Assembly: GCA_002189035.1 (NCBI GenBank)
Contig: NEEC01000010.1
Span: 310,001-374,000, forward strand
DNA: 64,000 nucleotides
Reading direction: 5' to 3'
Source of the DNA: Utricularia gibba
Taxonomy: Eukaryota > Plantae > Magnoliophyta
Below the pieces are notes generated by a model that made no database searches, was not told where the DNA came from, and saw only the letters and a program-made list of their open reading frames with translations. The translations under genes were made by a program, and so were the position numbers. Within the stretch, counting starts at the first letter, position 1. Every line of letters begins with the position of its first letter. Shown in pieces: positions 49,279 through 63,427 of the stretch.

Positions 49279-50449
49279 TGATAATACATATTTTTGAGTG
49301 GCTCAATGCATGGAATTTACACATTTTATGCTACAAAAATTAAGCTTAATTGCCTGTTTCTATATTTTTGCACATAAGTACTGTAGGAGTGCACTTTTAG
49401 TCTTAGTTGGGACTAAATCTTCGATTTAGTCCCAACCTTCTAACAGTTCCTTTCGAGCAATGCAGTATGGGTCGCAACACAAATCCCAAGGAGCCGAGTA
49501 TGAACAGTGTGGTGGCAGGAAAGGTGACAGAAGTCTGAAGAAGAGTACACACAAAGTCTAAGGAGGGGAAAAAGGAAGATTTTGGACAAAAAAGGAGGAA
49601 AGGTGGAGAGAGAAGTAGATCTCCCCTTGGAGACTCACGAACACATTTTCTGGGGAGAAGGTTTTCTGGGGAGGAAGAAGAAGGAAGACAAACAGGAACG
49701 AAGCTGAAGTTCAAGATTATTTTCTGTCTTCAAAGAATATTACTCCTAGCTAAGAGTAGCTAGTGACGTTTTTCAGTTTTTGTTGACACTTCACATTACT
49801 TGCTTGTTTGCTTTCTGGTATTTGACTGTGAAATGAGCACACTGTGGGTGATGTTTTCTTTTCCACTTTCGTTTACCTTAAGCATGAGTGGCTAAGTACT
49901 TAGGGGGTGCCTTGGGGTAAAAAGGGGAGAAACATGTTAATCAACCTTTAGATCTAAATAACCATGAGTCACGCCACTTCCTTAACAAACCGGGATAGAT
50001 CCAGGAGGGGGAAGTAGTGAAACCCAACTTAACAACCCTAATTAGAGGTAGACCAAAGATTAGGGGGAAAAACAAGAATCCGGGTAGACCTAGATCTTGT
50101 GAGTTAGTTGTATGATTTGTGGTTTGTGTGAGTTTGTTTAGTGATGAACATATATCCCCTAGGAGTCCCAAGGCATCACCCATTCCATTCCAGAAACAAC
50201 CGAACTCTAGAACTTATTACTTTTCTTTACTGTATTTCGTTTTAGTTCTGTCTTAGTCCTAGCTAAGACCAATTTTACCAACGTGACATTGATTCCTTGC
50301 ATTGACCTTCACATAGCAAGCACCTAGCTCCTTGTGTTCGACCCTAGTCCACTATGCTCATAATTGTTTTATGCTTGAATGTGTATTAGGTTATAAATTT
50401 ATATGATAGGAAAGTTTACATTTACGACGTGTGAATTTTTCGTTTATTA
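49279..50449 (+). mobile_element. Solo LTR, family A copy 3, inserted in Copia gag
   Basis: TGATAATACATATTTTTGAG...TTTATTA (terminal CA changed to TA); TSD GGGGG (49274-49278, 50450-50454). Confidence 0.9.
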
Positions 50450-51756
50450 GGGGGTAGAGGCTCAATTGGTCGCATTCATCTAGTTCAAAAAACACAACAA
50501 GCAGCAAGGTTATTTCACAGGTTCAACTTCAGGGAATCATGATGTTTATGGAGCTTTTGTAGGATATGCTAATGCGGATCTCGGTATTGCAGCATGGCTA
50601 CTAATTTAAATAATTCTCTGAAAGAAAGGGTCGTAGACTCAGGTGCTTCCCGACGTGTGATTGGTGATCGAAGTTTATTTGAGTCTTATGCTTCTAATGC
50701 TCAAACACATCCTTATGCAATGCAAAGTGGTGGATGGAACATCACCCCAATTAAGGGTAATAGCTCATTGCAATGCACTTCTACCCTTAAATTTTCTTTA
50801 GTTTTACATGTTAACTCATTTCTTGTGAATATATTATTTATTAGTGGCATAGTAGATGAGTTGAATTGTGTCGTAATCTTTGATAAGCACGAATGCTATT
50901 TCCAAGAGAAGAAGTCAAGAAGAAAACTTAAGAATTGGGATGATGCATGATGGTTTATTGTTTTTGCACAAAGAAATTGCCTCACTAATGGTAGCATCCT
51001 CTAATGAGAAAATAGCAACGTTGCAGCATTGTAGATTAGTGCATCTTTCTCTTGACAGAATGACTTAGTTTATCCTAATTTGATGAAGCAGGTCGATAGA
51101 GGCAAATTCTTTTGTGGGTCTTGTTAACTCAGAGAATGAACATGAGTTAGTTATCATGTTGTGCAAAATTGAAGTCTTAAACCTCACCATTATTTAAGTT
51201 AATAGATTTCAATGGTTTCTGAGTTTTATTCTTTGCCACTTGTGTATGTCTTGGGTTTACAATTTGAAAGATAAAAATGAAGTTTTGAAATATTATCAAG
51301 GATTTCAAGTATTTATTAACACTTAGTTTGGGATTGATGTACAGATACTACAAACCAACAATGGATTTGAATTTGTTAATCATGATTTCTCTAGCTTTCT
51401 TTTTGTAGGTGGAAATATACATCAGATCACTTGTCCCTACACACCAGTTCAAAATGGTGTTACAGAGCGCAAGAATCACTATCTTCTTGAAGTTGCAAGA
51501 TCACTATTGCTAAAACCAAAATAGATGTGATGTGAAACCGTTATTACACCAGCATATATAATCAGCAAAATGCCCTCACATGTATTGGGAATGAAAACTC
51601 CTGCAAAAATATTATTGAAAACAAACATGTTCATAGTTCCTCCCAAGGTATTTGGTGGTACTTGCTTTGGGAATAAACAAGTTCATAGTAAGGTATATTT
51701 TTTGGGATACGTATCTAGACAAAAAGCTTACAAGTGTTATTCTCCAATTGAGAAAA

Positions 51757-54700
51757 TAATAAACGAAAATTTAAAAGTCGTTAAAATTGCAAATGCACAT
51801 ATCAAATAAATTTGTATACCAAATTCACATCTAATCATGCAACAAATATGAGCATAGTGGATTAGGGTTGAATACAAGAACCTATATGCTTCTTTTGTGG
51901 AAGTCAATGCATTCAGTTTGTGTCATATTTAAGAGATTAAGTGTAAGCGAATAGTAGTTTAATTCTGCGATAAAATACAGGAAAGAAAAACAATAAATCA
52001 CTAAACTCGGTTGTTGCCTAAGATGAGATGGGATGATGCCTTGGGACTCTTAGGGTTAGTATGCAAATTACTACAACTATCCCACCTAACCCATAAATCA
52101 TTCACCTAACAAACAAAGGTTTAAATCTATTCAAACCCTTTTTTTTTCTCTAATTTTTCATCTGCCTCTAATTAGAATTGTTCTAGTGAGCTTTACTATT
52201 TCCCCCCTCCTAGATCTATTCTAGTTTGTTAAGAAAATAATGTGATTATGTGATAAGTGTGGTTTAGTGAACAATAAAACACTTCATAACATAATCATCT
52301 CAGTTCCAAAGGTACCCCCTAAATGCTTAGCTATTCATGACAAGGGAAAGAAAAACCCTTCCATGACATATCATAAGCATCATCTCTGTTCTAAAGTTCA
52401 ACAGCAATAAATGATGCATAATAGAAACATAAACTGTAAATATTTCACACGAAAAAGCTTAGATTGCTCCCAACAAGGAGTAATGTGTTCATAAACAAAA
52501 GAAATCCTCAAAAGAGGACTTGATTCTCTATTCATCTTCTTTGGTCTTCATGGTTCTTCTATGATTTCTTCCTAGATCTCCCATCAAAAGTCTGTGGCAT
52601 GTTGTTGAAAGTTGTGGAGATATTTTTGTTACTCATCATTATTCTCAAAATCTCCTTTTTGCAACATTGGAATTTGATGTTTTATATTCTCAGCTTTTTG
52701 TCACCATTTAGTGCCATCTTCACTATGCATTTCTGTAAAGAGATTGTGAATGCCAATTCATTATATTTCTTTTGTCTTTATATATATATATAAAGAGATT
52801 AATATAGGTTTACAAGTGTCAAAATATTTATTCCATAAGGGCTTATTTGACCTAATCGTACCCCGTAATCTTTTAAAAAGAGTTTTGGTGAGTTGTTTAA
52901 ACTTCACGGTTTCTTTCCTTTGAATTCCAATTCAATGAAGTAGATATATATATAAGGGATTAATTTTCATTTTGTGAATGCAAGTATGACTAGAAGAACA
53001 ATAATTATTTCTCGTCTTTCTCTAGGTTGTTTTAATCATACTTGCATTCACAAAAAGAAATGATTAATAACAATACTTATGAGACTTCAAAAGGATTCAA
53101 ACAAAGCTCATGCATCCTTATCATCAAAAAATCATCATATTCAATCATCGAATTATTTGAAGTAGGATCTGCCATCATGTAAAAATACAACATAAAGGTG
53201 AATAATTCCTAACATAAACTAACACCAAGGCTATGTAATACAATAAATAAAATAAAAATAAAAATAAAATCAAACCAATAGCAACAATGGTTACTAGACC
53301 AGAGGGGAGTTCTTCACTCCTTGTTTCGACTCTTTTACTTTATGAATCAACTCCTCAAGTCAACCAACATTTCAAGCTTCTCTTAAATAGAAGAAATGAC
53401 ATAGAAGAATGATCCTAGACTTGCTTTACTATTGATGCATATTTCACAACTTCCTGCAAGTGACTCAGAACAAATTTATTTCTTTTGTATTATTGGTCCA
53501 TAAGATTTTCAAAATTGAATAGTAAAGTTTGATCCTCATGTCAACATAGGAAATATCTTATTTGTAAATTCCATCAACATATATGCCCGAATTGCAGCAA
53601 TCTAACAGCAATCACATTGTGCTAATTTAAAGAGAAAAGCCATAAACATCAATTAGCACAATTTCTTAGAAAAATAAGCCATGATTTTCAATGCACTCTG
53701 AACTGATTCCAATCAGGAGCAAAATGCGACAGAAGTACTTAAAAACTAATTAACTAAAATTAATCTAAATGCTGAAAAATAAAATACGAGAATATAACTT
53801 AGCTACGGGTTGCCTCTCACAAGCATCCCTATTTATACTCTTAAACTCGACTCTCTTTGTGGCTACATTTTTATTGTATCTTCCAATATCATATCATCAA
53901 CAACTTCATCCGCCTCATTCTCAAAAGTTTCACGAGAATTGTTCAACACTTTAAATGCTTCATCTTTGCATCTCCTCCACCAATATGGATCATCCCAAAC
54001 GTCATATTCTTCATCATTGAAACACATGTTTCTTTCATAGCATTCATTTCCAACCGGTAAAATACCTACAGCAATAAAATTAACAATATCAGTACAACCT
54101 TGTTCCCAAGATGTAGTATTACCTAGGAGTAACTGTTCATCAAGACACGCTTCTGCAACCATGAAAACATTTTCAGACCCATCAATTTTCTTGAAATAAT
54201 TAATAAAAACATCATCCCCTTCAATGTTATCCAAAATTTCTTTTGGATCTTGGATAAATCTTTCAAGCAATGTTGATTTTTGGTTCGAAATAAGACTAAC
54301 TCTGGAATTTTTCTACTTACCATCCACAAAAACCAATTTCATTTCATCTGAAAAAGACTTGAAATTCATATTTCTCTCTTCCGGTTAACCTTCTATAGCA
54401 CTCAAATGCCCCGTCTTCATCTCATCATTTGATTCTTCAACAAAGACTCCTTCATATCATTTTTTTCTTTTTGTCATTTCTACTCTCTATATGTTCTTCA
54501 ACAAATCCTTCAGTTGATTCCGTAGAACAAATATCTTCAAAATCACAGAGATATTCTGTCACATCTTTCATCTGAAGTAAAATTCCCTCTTTATTATCAA
54601 GAAACCACTCAATTGTCCCAATTTTCACATTGATAATAGCATTGGATGCGCTAAAAAATGATCTTCCCAAAATTATTGTAGTATTCTTTAATCCTTCAGC

Positions 54701-57551
54701 AGACATATTGACCACATAAAATTAGCTGAAAATATTAGATCTTCAATTCGAATTAAGACATCTTCTATCAATTGTTTGGGAGAAATTATATTGTAATTCG
54801 CCAATTTAATTTGTACTTCGGAAGCTTGCAAAAGTCCCAATCTAAGAGCTTCATAAACTTAATATGACATTATATTAACAACAGCTCCTAAATCAACCAT
54901 AGCTCTCTTGATATTCACATCTCTAATCTTGCAAGAATAAAAAAATGTACCCAGATCCTTGCATTTTTCTAGAAGCTTTCGGGTGAGTAAAGTTGAAAAA
55001 CTCTCACTTAAAAATAACTTTTATTTTTCCTTTATCTTGGGTTTGGAAATACAAAGGTACTTCAAATATTTTACACTTTGTGGCACCATAGAAATATAAT
55101 TCAAAATAATCAAATTAAGTTGAGTATTATCCAAAACCTTCAAAACCTTTTCCTTTTCGTCTTATTCCTCTTTTGTCTCCAACTTACCAGAAAAAGATGG
55201 TGAGTAGTCACTTTATTGGATTCTCAATAAAGCACCACATCTTTATTCTCAAACGACAAGATTAAATTTTTGCTTCTCATCTTTCATAGTCTCAGGTTTG
55301 ACTCAATTCCCATCTGGTTTCTTCTTTATGTTCTTCAATGTCATGGCACTGCAACTCATTCTTCCACGAGAATTTGAATATGATGCTATTGGTTCTCCTT
55401 TTTTCTTCAATTCTCCAAGCTCTAGTGTCAATTGATTCAATTGAATCTCCAAATTCTTGATAGCTTGTCGATTTTCCACTTCATTTTTGGTTGATTGTAC
55501 TATAAACATTTTCAACATTTCTTCTAAGGAATTCCCATAATTTCCTCCAACATTTTTTTGACACTGAGATTGCTGGACTTGTTTCTGAAATGGTGGAACT
55601 TGAGATGAACGCTGTTGATGCCCTTGAAAATTCTGCTGGAATTTTTGTCGCCCCATGCTTGAACTTTCTCCCTTGTTGCTCCAATTCGAATAATCCATCC
55701 ATCCTACATTGTAGGTGTTCGAGTAGAGATCATATTTCTTACTTTGTAGCTACAAATATCCCATCGCCTTCACATGTTCTTCTTCTAGCAAATCATGACA
55801 TTTATTAGCAATGTGTTCCATTCTATAGCAATTCCTGCAAGTCATATTCTTAGCTTAGAATAAAAATAATTACTTCATCATCTCATACATAACAGCAACA
55901 TTTTTTGTCAGCTCCCTTTCTAATTGTTTTGGCTTGCATTCCATCTCATAAACCCTTCTATTCGAAGCCTGTTTTCCGATAATATGCTTGGAGTGCTCAA
56001 TCAACTCCTCAAGCAACCCAAGAGCTTCATGAAAGTTTTTTTTTCTTAAAAATCCACCTACATCAGAATCAACCATAGCCCTATCTATACATAACAATCC
56101 ATCATATAAATATTTCACAAGGGCGTTCATTTGGAATCCATGGTGTGGACAAAAGCTCAAAAGCTAATTTAACCTTTCTCAATATTCATGCAACGACACA
56201 CCACTCATTTGCTCACCATCACTTATCTCTTTTTTTATTCCTACAGTCTTTGAAGTAAGAAAATACTTGCTCAAAAATACCTCCTTTATTCCATCCCAAT
56301 TAGTAATGCTTCCAGGCTTTAGAGAATTAAAGCATTTTTAGCACCTCGTTTCAAGGTAAATTGAAAGGCTCTCAAGTTGTTAGAGTCTTCAGTCATTCCA
56401 GCTCGATTGAATGATGTACTTACTGCTGTCACATTATCCAAATGCTCGTGGGGGTTTTCTTCTATCTTCCCATATAAATTTTGGTAGGAAATTGATTATA
56501 GCTGGTTGGAGCTCGTTTGATACATCATCTGGAAACCTGATGCAAAGACCTCAGTAGGTGTGATCACCAACATTTAACTCATTCAAGGTCTTCTCCTATT
56601 CTGCCATGGCTTGAGTTGCAACAAGGATTTTCCTCAACTCAGCTGCTTCTCACACTCTCTTGCAGTTCCTCTTACCAGCCCTTTCGATTTCTGAGTTGAA
56701 ATCGAAATCAGCTAAACAAGAGGAAAGCAAATTCATCAATCAAAACATGCAACAATTAAATACCGCTCCCTGGAAACGGCGCCAATTTGATAAACAAAAA
56801 TTTAGAAATCGTTAAAATTACAAATTCAAGTGTCAAATAAATATATAAACCTAATTCACATCTAATCATACAACAAATATGAGCATAGTGTATTAGGGTC
56901 GAACACAAAAAGCTATGTATTTGCTATGTGAAAGTCATGGGTAAGAGATTGAGTGTAAGCTAATATTAATTCAATTCTGCGATAAAAGTACATGAAACAA
57001 AAGTAATAAATCACTAAACTCGGTTGTTGCCTAAGATGAGATGGGGTGATACTTTAGGACTACTAGTGTTAGCATGCAAATTACTATAACTATCTCACCT
57101 AAATCATAAATCATTCACCTAACAAACAAAGGCCTAAGTCTACCCAAACCCTTGTTTTCCCTAATTTTTAGTCTATCTCCCCATATCTATGGCATGCTGT
57201 TTATAATTGTGGAGATATTTTTCTCACTCATTATTATTCTCAACATCTCCTATTTGTAACATTGAGATTTGATGTCTAATATTCTCAGCTATTGGTCACC
57301 ATTCCCTGCCATCTTCACTGTTTATTTTTGGTTCCTTGGGATTTGAAATGCTATAAAACGTGCTGCATTGCTAAAAGAAAATGATTAAAACACAGATTGA
57401 GGCTAAATCCATGATTTAGGCTCAATCTAGAATAGAAACATGTAAATACACTACCAATTACAAAGTATGGAAATTCTGAATTAAATCTCAATTTTATAAC
57501 ATAATATTACTAATTTTATAGTCCTAAAACACTGAAAAATATGTGTTATCA
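51757..57551 (-). mobile_element. Element E: non-autonomous Athila-type gag-protease element, same architecture as C, inserted in the Copia integrase tail
   Basis: 5' LTR 56788-57551 (TGATAACACATATTTTT); 3' LTR from 51757 to about 52745 with its start lost; PBS TGGCGCCGTTTCCAGGGA at 56767-56784; TSD GAAAA/GAAAG (4/5); gag 55303-56600, protease 54452-55100, remnant ORF 53863-54270. Confidence 0.88.
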
Positions 57552-59032
57552 GAAAGATTTTCATCAATATGGATGTGATCTTTATAGAGGAAGAGCTCTT
57601 TTATCCCGAACACAATGATCCTAAAACTATGTATACAACAAGACCTTTAAGAGATCACTTGAGCTCAACCATACCTGAATGAGTATTGGATGTTGTGATC
57701 AAACCTGTGTGTCAACCTGATGCATAGAAGAATTTCTTCGATTACCATTCTTCAAAAAATAATAAACTATGTATCTCAAACCAGAATGCTGAAATTTCAA
57801 GAACTCAACGGCAACTCAACCTTTTTGCAGAAATACCTCCTGATAGATATGGAGATTGGGAAAATTATATGACCACAGTTTTACCTATTCCAAAGACGTG
57901 GCAAAAAGCTAAAGCAGATCCACACTGGTGGCTCTCAATGCTGGAGTAAATGGTGGCTTTGAAAAAGAATGACACGTGGGAGCTAATTACTCTACTAGAA
58001 GGAAACAAAACTATTGAATGCTTATGGATATATATTCCAAAGGAAAATGATAGAAGGTGAAATTGAGAGATACAAGTCTCGATTGGAGGTGTATATGGAC
58101 ATACTATCAGGGTTTGTTACTCCACAAACCAAGTTAAATTCTTGAAATTCAAGAAGGCATTATGTGGTCTTAAGCAATCACCTTGAGCTTGGTTTGCAGG
58201 TTTACTTAAGGAATGTGATTGATGGGTAATAAACAAAACGGTGCACATCAAACAATGTTCTATCGACATTTAGGTGAGCATGTTTACAATACTAGTAGTG
58301 TATATGCAGCTCTTAGCAGGTCAAACTTCACAATAGTTCATACTGTTTTTGTGATATTTCTTTCAATAGATCTCCCTTCGTTCCCTCATGTTTTTCCTCC
58401 TCTAGAATTTTTTTCCTTCACACATACTCTCTTCATAACCTTAATAATTCTTATTAAAGAAATACATGTCTTCACCTTGTTAAACCACATGTCCTTTTCC
58501 AATTGACCGTTATTGAATACTTGTTGTTTCGTTGTTTCATCTTTTCTTTTTTCCTCCTATTTCAATCCTAGTTCTCAAATCCCACATTTGGGGTATGATA
58601 GCAAGTCAACAATATGTAATTTCCAAACATATGGAGATTTATCAGTTCTTCATCTGATATTATATCTTGAATCAAAAGTTAAAGATGAACCATGTACCAT
58701 CTTAAGATCAAGTGGCAGATCCTCTAACAAAAGGTGTGAGCATTGCAGAACATGAAGACTTTTGTGACAAGTTGAACTTGCTCAACACCAATTCAACTTG
58801 GAGGAGGAGTATTGGAGTTTCCTTTAATCTCATGTTAGGTGTTACTCGTTGCTGACTTTTGTAATGTTGTAAGCCTTCTTTATTGAAGATATAAATAGAA
58901 AAGACAAAGTGTGTAAGATACAAAACACTGTCTCTTAATTGTATGAATATATATTCCTCATGTTAACTACCCTTCGAACTTAGCTTCTTGCCTAAGTCCA
59001 CAAAGATTCAGTTTCATTTCTAGTTTCCGTGC

Positions 59033-59413
59033 CTAGGCCTTGGTTGTCTCCAAGCACGATGTCGTAATAGTTTTGAATGGGAGCATCCATGCAGAATCCT
59101 CATAATAGACACCAACTTCCTCAATGCACTCTGTTATTCTACCAATGACCATATTTCCATGTGAGTCAGCTAGTACATCATTTTCTATTTCAGTGGTATT
59201 ATAGAGGTATTTTTCCACTAAAATAGGGTGCTCTACATCAACCTCGACAGCATTTTCAAGATACTTGATGAGTTTTTCATAATTATGAATGATTTCAATA
59301 GGTCATTCACCCAAAATAGACGAGGACCATACTACCACAATGTAAGTAGCATCATATGGAATAATAAGAGAATTATACACACTCTTGGCAACTCCTTCTT
59401 TTGGGTGTTTGAT
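59033..59413 (-). pseudogene. carB: Isolated internal fragment of carbamoyl-phosphate synthase large subunit gene
   Basis: IKHPKEGVAKS...VVVWSSSILGE*PIEIIHNYEKLIKYLENAVEVDVEHPILVEKYL...DSHGNMVIGRITECIEEVGV..EDSAWMLP is colinear, without gaps, with the plant CARB segment PKGGIAKS...VVVRPSYVLGGRAMEIVY...YLENAVQVDPERPVLVDKYL...[30 protein letters not shown] (recalled). Confidence 0.85.
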
Positions 59414-60453
59414 ATAAGATTAAAAATTGTATTTGAAGCCAGAAATGAGTGAAGCATCTAACACATGCACTAGCTTGTTGAGTTTAACTCTTTAATTACA
59501 TGCATAAATTTATATTTTGTAAAGATTAGAGTTTTATATATTTATTGGATATAAGCATTCCATATTTTTAATAAAGAGATAATTTTTTTTTCAAGTTAAA
59601 ATTGTCCAAAGTATGGATATTGATCTATCTAGTATTTAGATAATTGATGTTTCTCAAAGGATTATCAACATGCCTGGACAACTTCAGATTTCTATCATGT
59701 TGGGTGACAAAGAATGTCGAGTAATGATACAACGTATCATAGATCAAATCCAAGTTCTATTTTCACTTTTGTAATGTTTATCTTTTGTTAAACAACTTCG
59801 AGTAATGATTGATCTTTCATCAATCAACTTAAAACTATAAGAGAGGAGTCTTTAGTGATGCTTGAAAATTGAATAATAATTTTAATTAGTTAAAAAAATA
59901 AATCAAATTTTTCAAGAACATATATTTAAAATATTAAAGCCATATATATGATTGTGGGATTTCTAGAAACTAAAAAAAACTTCTTTTGGTGAAAGCTTAT
60001 CAAACTCAATGATAGTGAAAATTTAAGCAAAGTAGCTATGCATAACAACATTGAATTTAGCAAAATTGGTGTTTCCAAAAAGCTATGTAGGACAATCGTG
60101 CATCGAAAATAGCATTGTGTTCACCAAATTCAATGTTGGAAAAATACATAGAAGACCTTTGCAATTGTACTTAATGATAGTAGTTTGAATGCACTTGAAA
60201 ATTTCAGTGAACCAACAACAAAATATACAATAAAAAGACTAGCTTTTTTCAATTATCATAATTAAATGATCTTGAAATACAATATGGCAATAAGTTTAAG
60301 CAACATTATAAAGTGAATATTGATAGAGGAAACAACTCCATACTCACACAGAGAATAGGAAACTTATACAAAAACACCCTTTAAAACCCATTGTTGCAGT
60401 CGTAAATCAATATTGTGATAGATATTGATTTCGGTTATTGATGGAGCCAAACC

Positions 60454-60886
60454 TGTTGGGTCCGATTTGGGTATTACGAGATTTTTAGGTGTGTGAGGTG
60501 ATCGATGGAATAGAAAATAGACAGGGATTTTTTCATAGAAACCGCCGAAGGACGAAAAAACCATGGAGCTATCGGAGCTCGCCGGAAAATGGCCTTACTA
60601 ATTGAAGGAGAAGAGAGGGATATAAGTTGGAATGTCATAAGTTCAACCTTTTATTCTTCAGGTTTTCTTATATTTATAGAGGAAGCTAATCCGATTGAAT
60701 TCTGAATCATGTAGATGCCAGCTACTTTCTGTGCCTGCTAACTGTACTTGATCCCACTATCGGATAATTGTCGACTGTTCTGACATCACTATAATTTGGC
60801 TACTTTTCAATCTATCAAATCGGCCGCTCTTGCCAAGCTTTGACACTTATTGGTCTGTCATTCCACAACTGCCTTTTAGTATAACA
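60454..60886 (-). mobile_element. Possible short LTR
   Basis: Minus strand TGTTATAC...CCCAACA, internal CTATAAATA, and a TGG-starting tract just downstream. Flanks do not form a TSD and no partner was found. Confidence 0.35.
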
Positions 60887-62305
60887 TTATTGTATCGACC
60901 GGTTTGGTTTGCAGTGAACCTATTTCATTACTTCTCTACCCAACACTTTGCAAGCCTCCTTCTTACCTGACTCCATGTGGCATTCGCCGATTTTGAGCTC
61001 CACCACCCATATAGAGTTTAGACAACAAATCCCATGAAACATAACTTTTTCGAAACTACAAGAATTACACAACCATTTGTGTAATTATTCCACAAACTAT
61101 TTGCGATTCCATCTAATTTTTTTTAATCAATAAGTCCATCTTATTTAGTCTTCAAGTAGGAGAGATTTGAATAATAGAAATGAAATATAGTTATTCAATA
61201 TTTTCTTGAAAACCTTCTAGAATAATTAACTTCATAACATCATGATTCATATGTATACCCTAATTAATTTCACATGCTAGAATAATCACACAGCGTCTCA
61301 ATAGGATTCAATTAAAAATAAAGTTATTTTACCTTTTGGAATACAAAACTTAAAAATATTTCTAGTAATAACATCTTTAAGGATTCAATTACCCGATATT
61401 GATTCCTTCCATCTTGAAAGTGAGTAAATAAAATTCATATTTTGATTACATACTTCTAGGACATTAAATGATATTTATCCATTTCAATTTTAATGTTTTG
61501 CTTTGTCACCATATGTACCCTTGATAGGAAATAAGAGACATCAAAGATTTCTAGATTGAAGATAAAATGTAGTAAAATGTATTTAATTAAAACAACAAAA
61601 AAAAAACACAACTTGTTTGGAAAGAAGCAACCATGTAGCATATCAAAATATATAAATTATTGCATTTGTAGGTATAAGAAGAATTGATTTAACAAATAAA
61701 CTATCATATAAAGAAAGAACTCCCTATAGAATCAATTTAAAATATTGACTAATGATTCATGTAATCTTTTGAGTTTATATTTCTGTATTGAAGTTTTTTG
61801 GTGATGAGTCAATATATTGCAAGAGAAACATTCATTTTTTTTTTGTATAAGATATATTCTTTGAATCTCTTAAATCTATAAAATCATATAGCAATAGATA
61901 TAAGTGACCAAAAGTCTCATCATCACAAAAATATGTGTTTTCCAATGGGAGAGATATTTTATTCTTCTTCATTCTCCATGGTTCTGCTACGACTTCTTAC
62001 TCCATCTACTTCCCTATAATTGTTTTTGTGTTCTCCAATGGGAGAGATATTTTCTTCTCACTCTCATCATCACAAAAATCTTCTTTTTCGTCATTTTGAG
62101 ATTTGGGTGTACTTGATTCAACCTTTGTCCATATCTCCTATAACTTCACTATTCTCTTTTGGCCCCTCGAGATTTGAGTTGCTGACATATGCTGCATTGC
62201 TCAAAAACGATTTAGCTCCAATTAAGAGTAAAAGATACAAACATTATCGTTGATCAAAAAAATGCAAAAATACATGATATAATATAAGTTTTGTAGCATA
62301 ATACT

Positions 62306-63427
62306 TGATAAGTGATTTTGTGTCGTTCAAAAACATGTTTTTCCATTATTCTTGAGTGTTATTTTTACTTATCTTAAACTCCACTTTCTCATTATTTTCA
62401 ATTAATTTTGTATCTTTCACACTACTTTAATCATTTTGGAGAGAAAGTGTATTTTATGGATTATTTTAGAGTACTTTTGGATCAATTTGAGGAGAAATCA
62501 AGACCCACGAAATTTTGGACTAGATGGGTCACGAATCTCTGCCCACGAATCGGTCAAACGATGAAGATTTGGTCCAAGATTCGTGGATAAGATAGAGATA
62601 TGAAGAAGACCTTCGAAGATTTAGATAGAAGATCTTATTCAAGCCTATCAAATAAGCTTAATACGAAGCCTTGGATCTACTCTCTATAAATACCTTACTC
62701 TCTCAACTATTAGAGACGTCTTTGACCACTTTTCCTTTGTATTTTTCCTATTTTGTGTCTATTTTCATGTTAGAATCAAGTCTGCACGTGTAGGCGCTTG
62801 CAGCTGAGGATCTGTGGTGAAACCTTGCTTGCGCAAGTCCTACGCGTGTGACTGTTTTACTATGTTTTTTTATATTTAAATTGAAGTTTGATTCTATTTT
62901 TCGCAACGTTTTCTTTACCAACGTGCTCTTTCGTATCACTTAACTCGAAGGAAGTGTGAGAAAATCAAAGGTTAGCCTCAAACACCTAAAGAGAAGGGTT
63001 CAATCGGACATCGTTGGTAAGACACATTCTGTCTAATCTGTCTGCGAAGTGTGAGGTGTAGGGGTTAGATTTGGGTGTGGGGAAAACATGGGTTATCACA
63101 AGAGGTGATGCGGTTGATTCCATAATTCCACAAAACAAGGGATGGTGCTATGACGGTCACCGAATAACACTACTTTAGAATAACACCCTCATAGCTTACA
63201 CAAGAAGGTCAGTCTTCAAGGTTTGCACACACGCAAGGACAAATTTTAAGTAAGGTGGATCTTAGATCCAATGCCACTTTTTTTATTGTTTTTAAATACA
63301 AATTTTTCTTTTGTTTTCAGTCTTTTTGAATTTTTGTTTGAATAGAAAATTCTAATAACAATTCCCTTTGGATACGATCTTATTTTATTACTTCGACGGT
63401 TTCTGTGCACTTGTAGAATCGCCATCA
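62306..63427 (+). mobile_element. Solo LTR, family F copy 2
   Basis: TGATAAGTGATTTTGTGTCG...CCATCA; perfect TSD ATACT (62301-62305, 63428-63432). Confidence 0.93.

Larger units (their letters stand above)
48950..59010 (+). mobile_element. 5'-truncated, internally deleted Ty1/copia element hosting solo LTR A3 and element E
   Basis: gag knuckle remnant (CYNCK), protease VVDSGAS, integrase CPYTPVQNGVTERKN and FLGY..RQKAYKCY, RT pieces (KNDTWEL, LCGLKQSP), RNase H end DQVADPLTKG, PPT GAGGAGGAG at 58801-58809 and LTR start at 58810. Outer ends approximate. Confidence 0.8.

Noticed and set aside
60047-60139. 12-bp inverted repeat CAACATTGAATT / AATTCAATGTTG
   Set aside because: Short, AT-rich and single; within chance expectation, with no TSD or other support.
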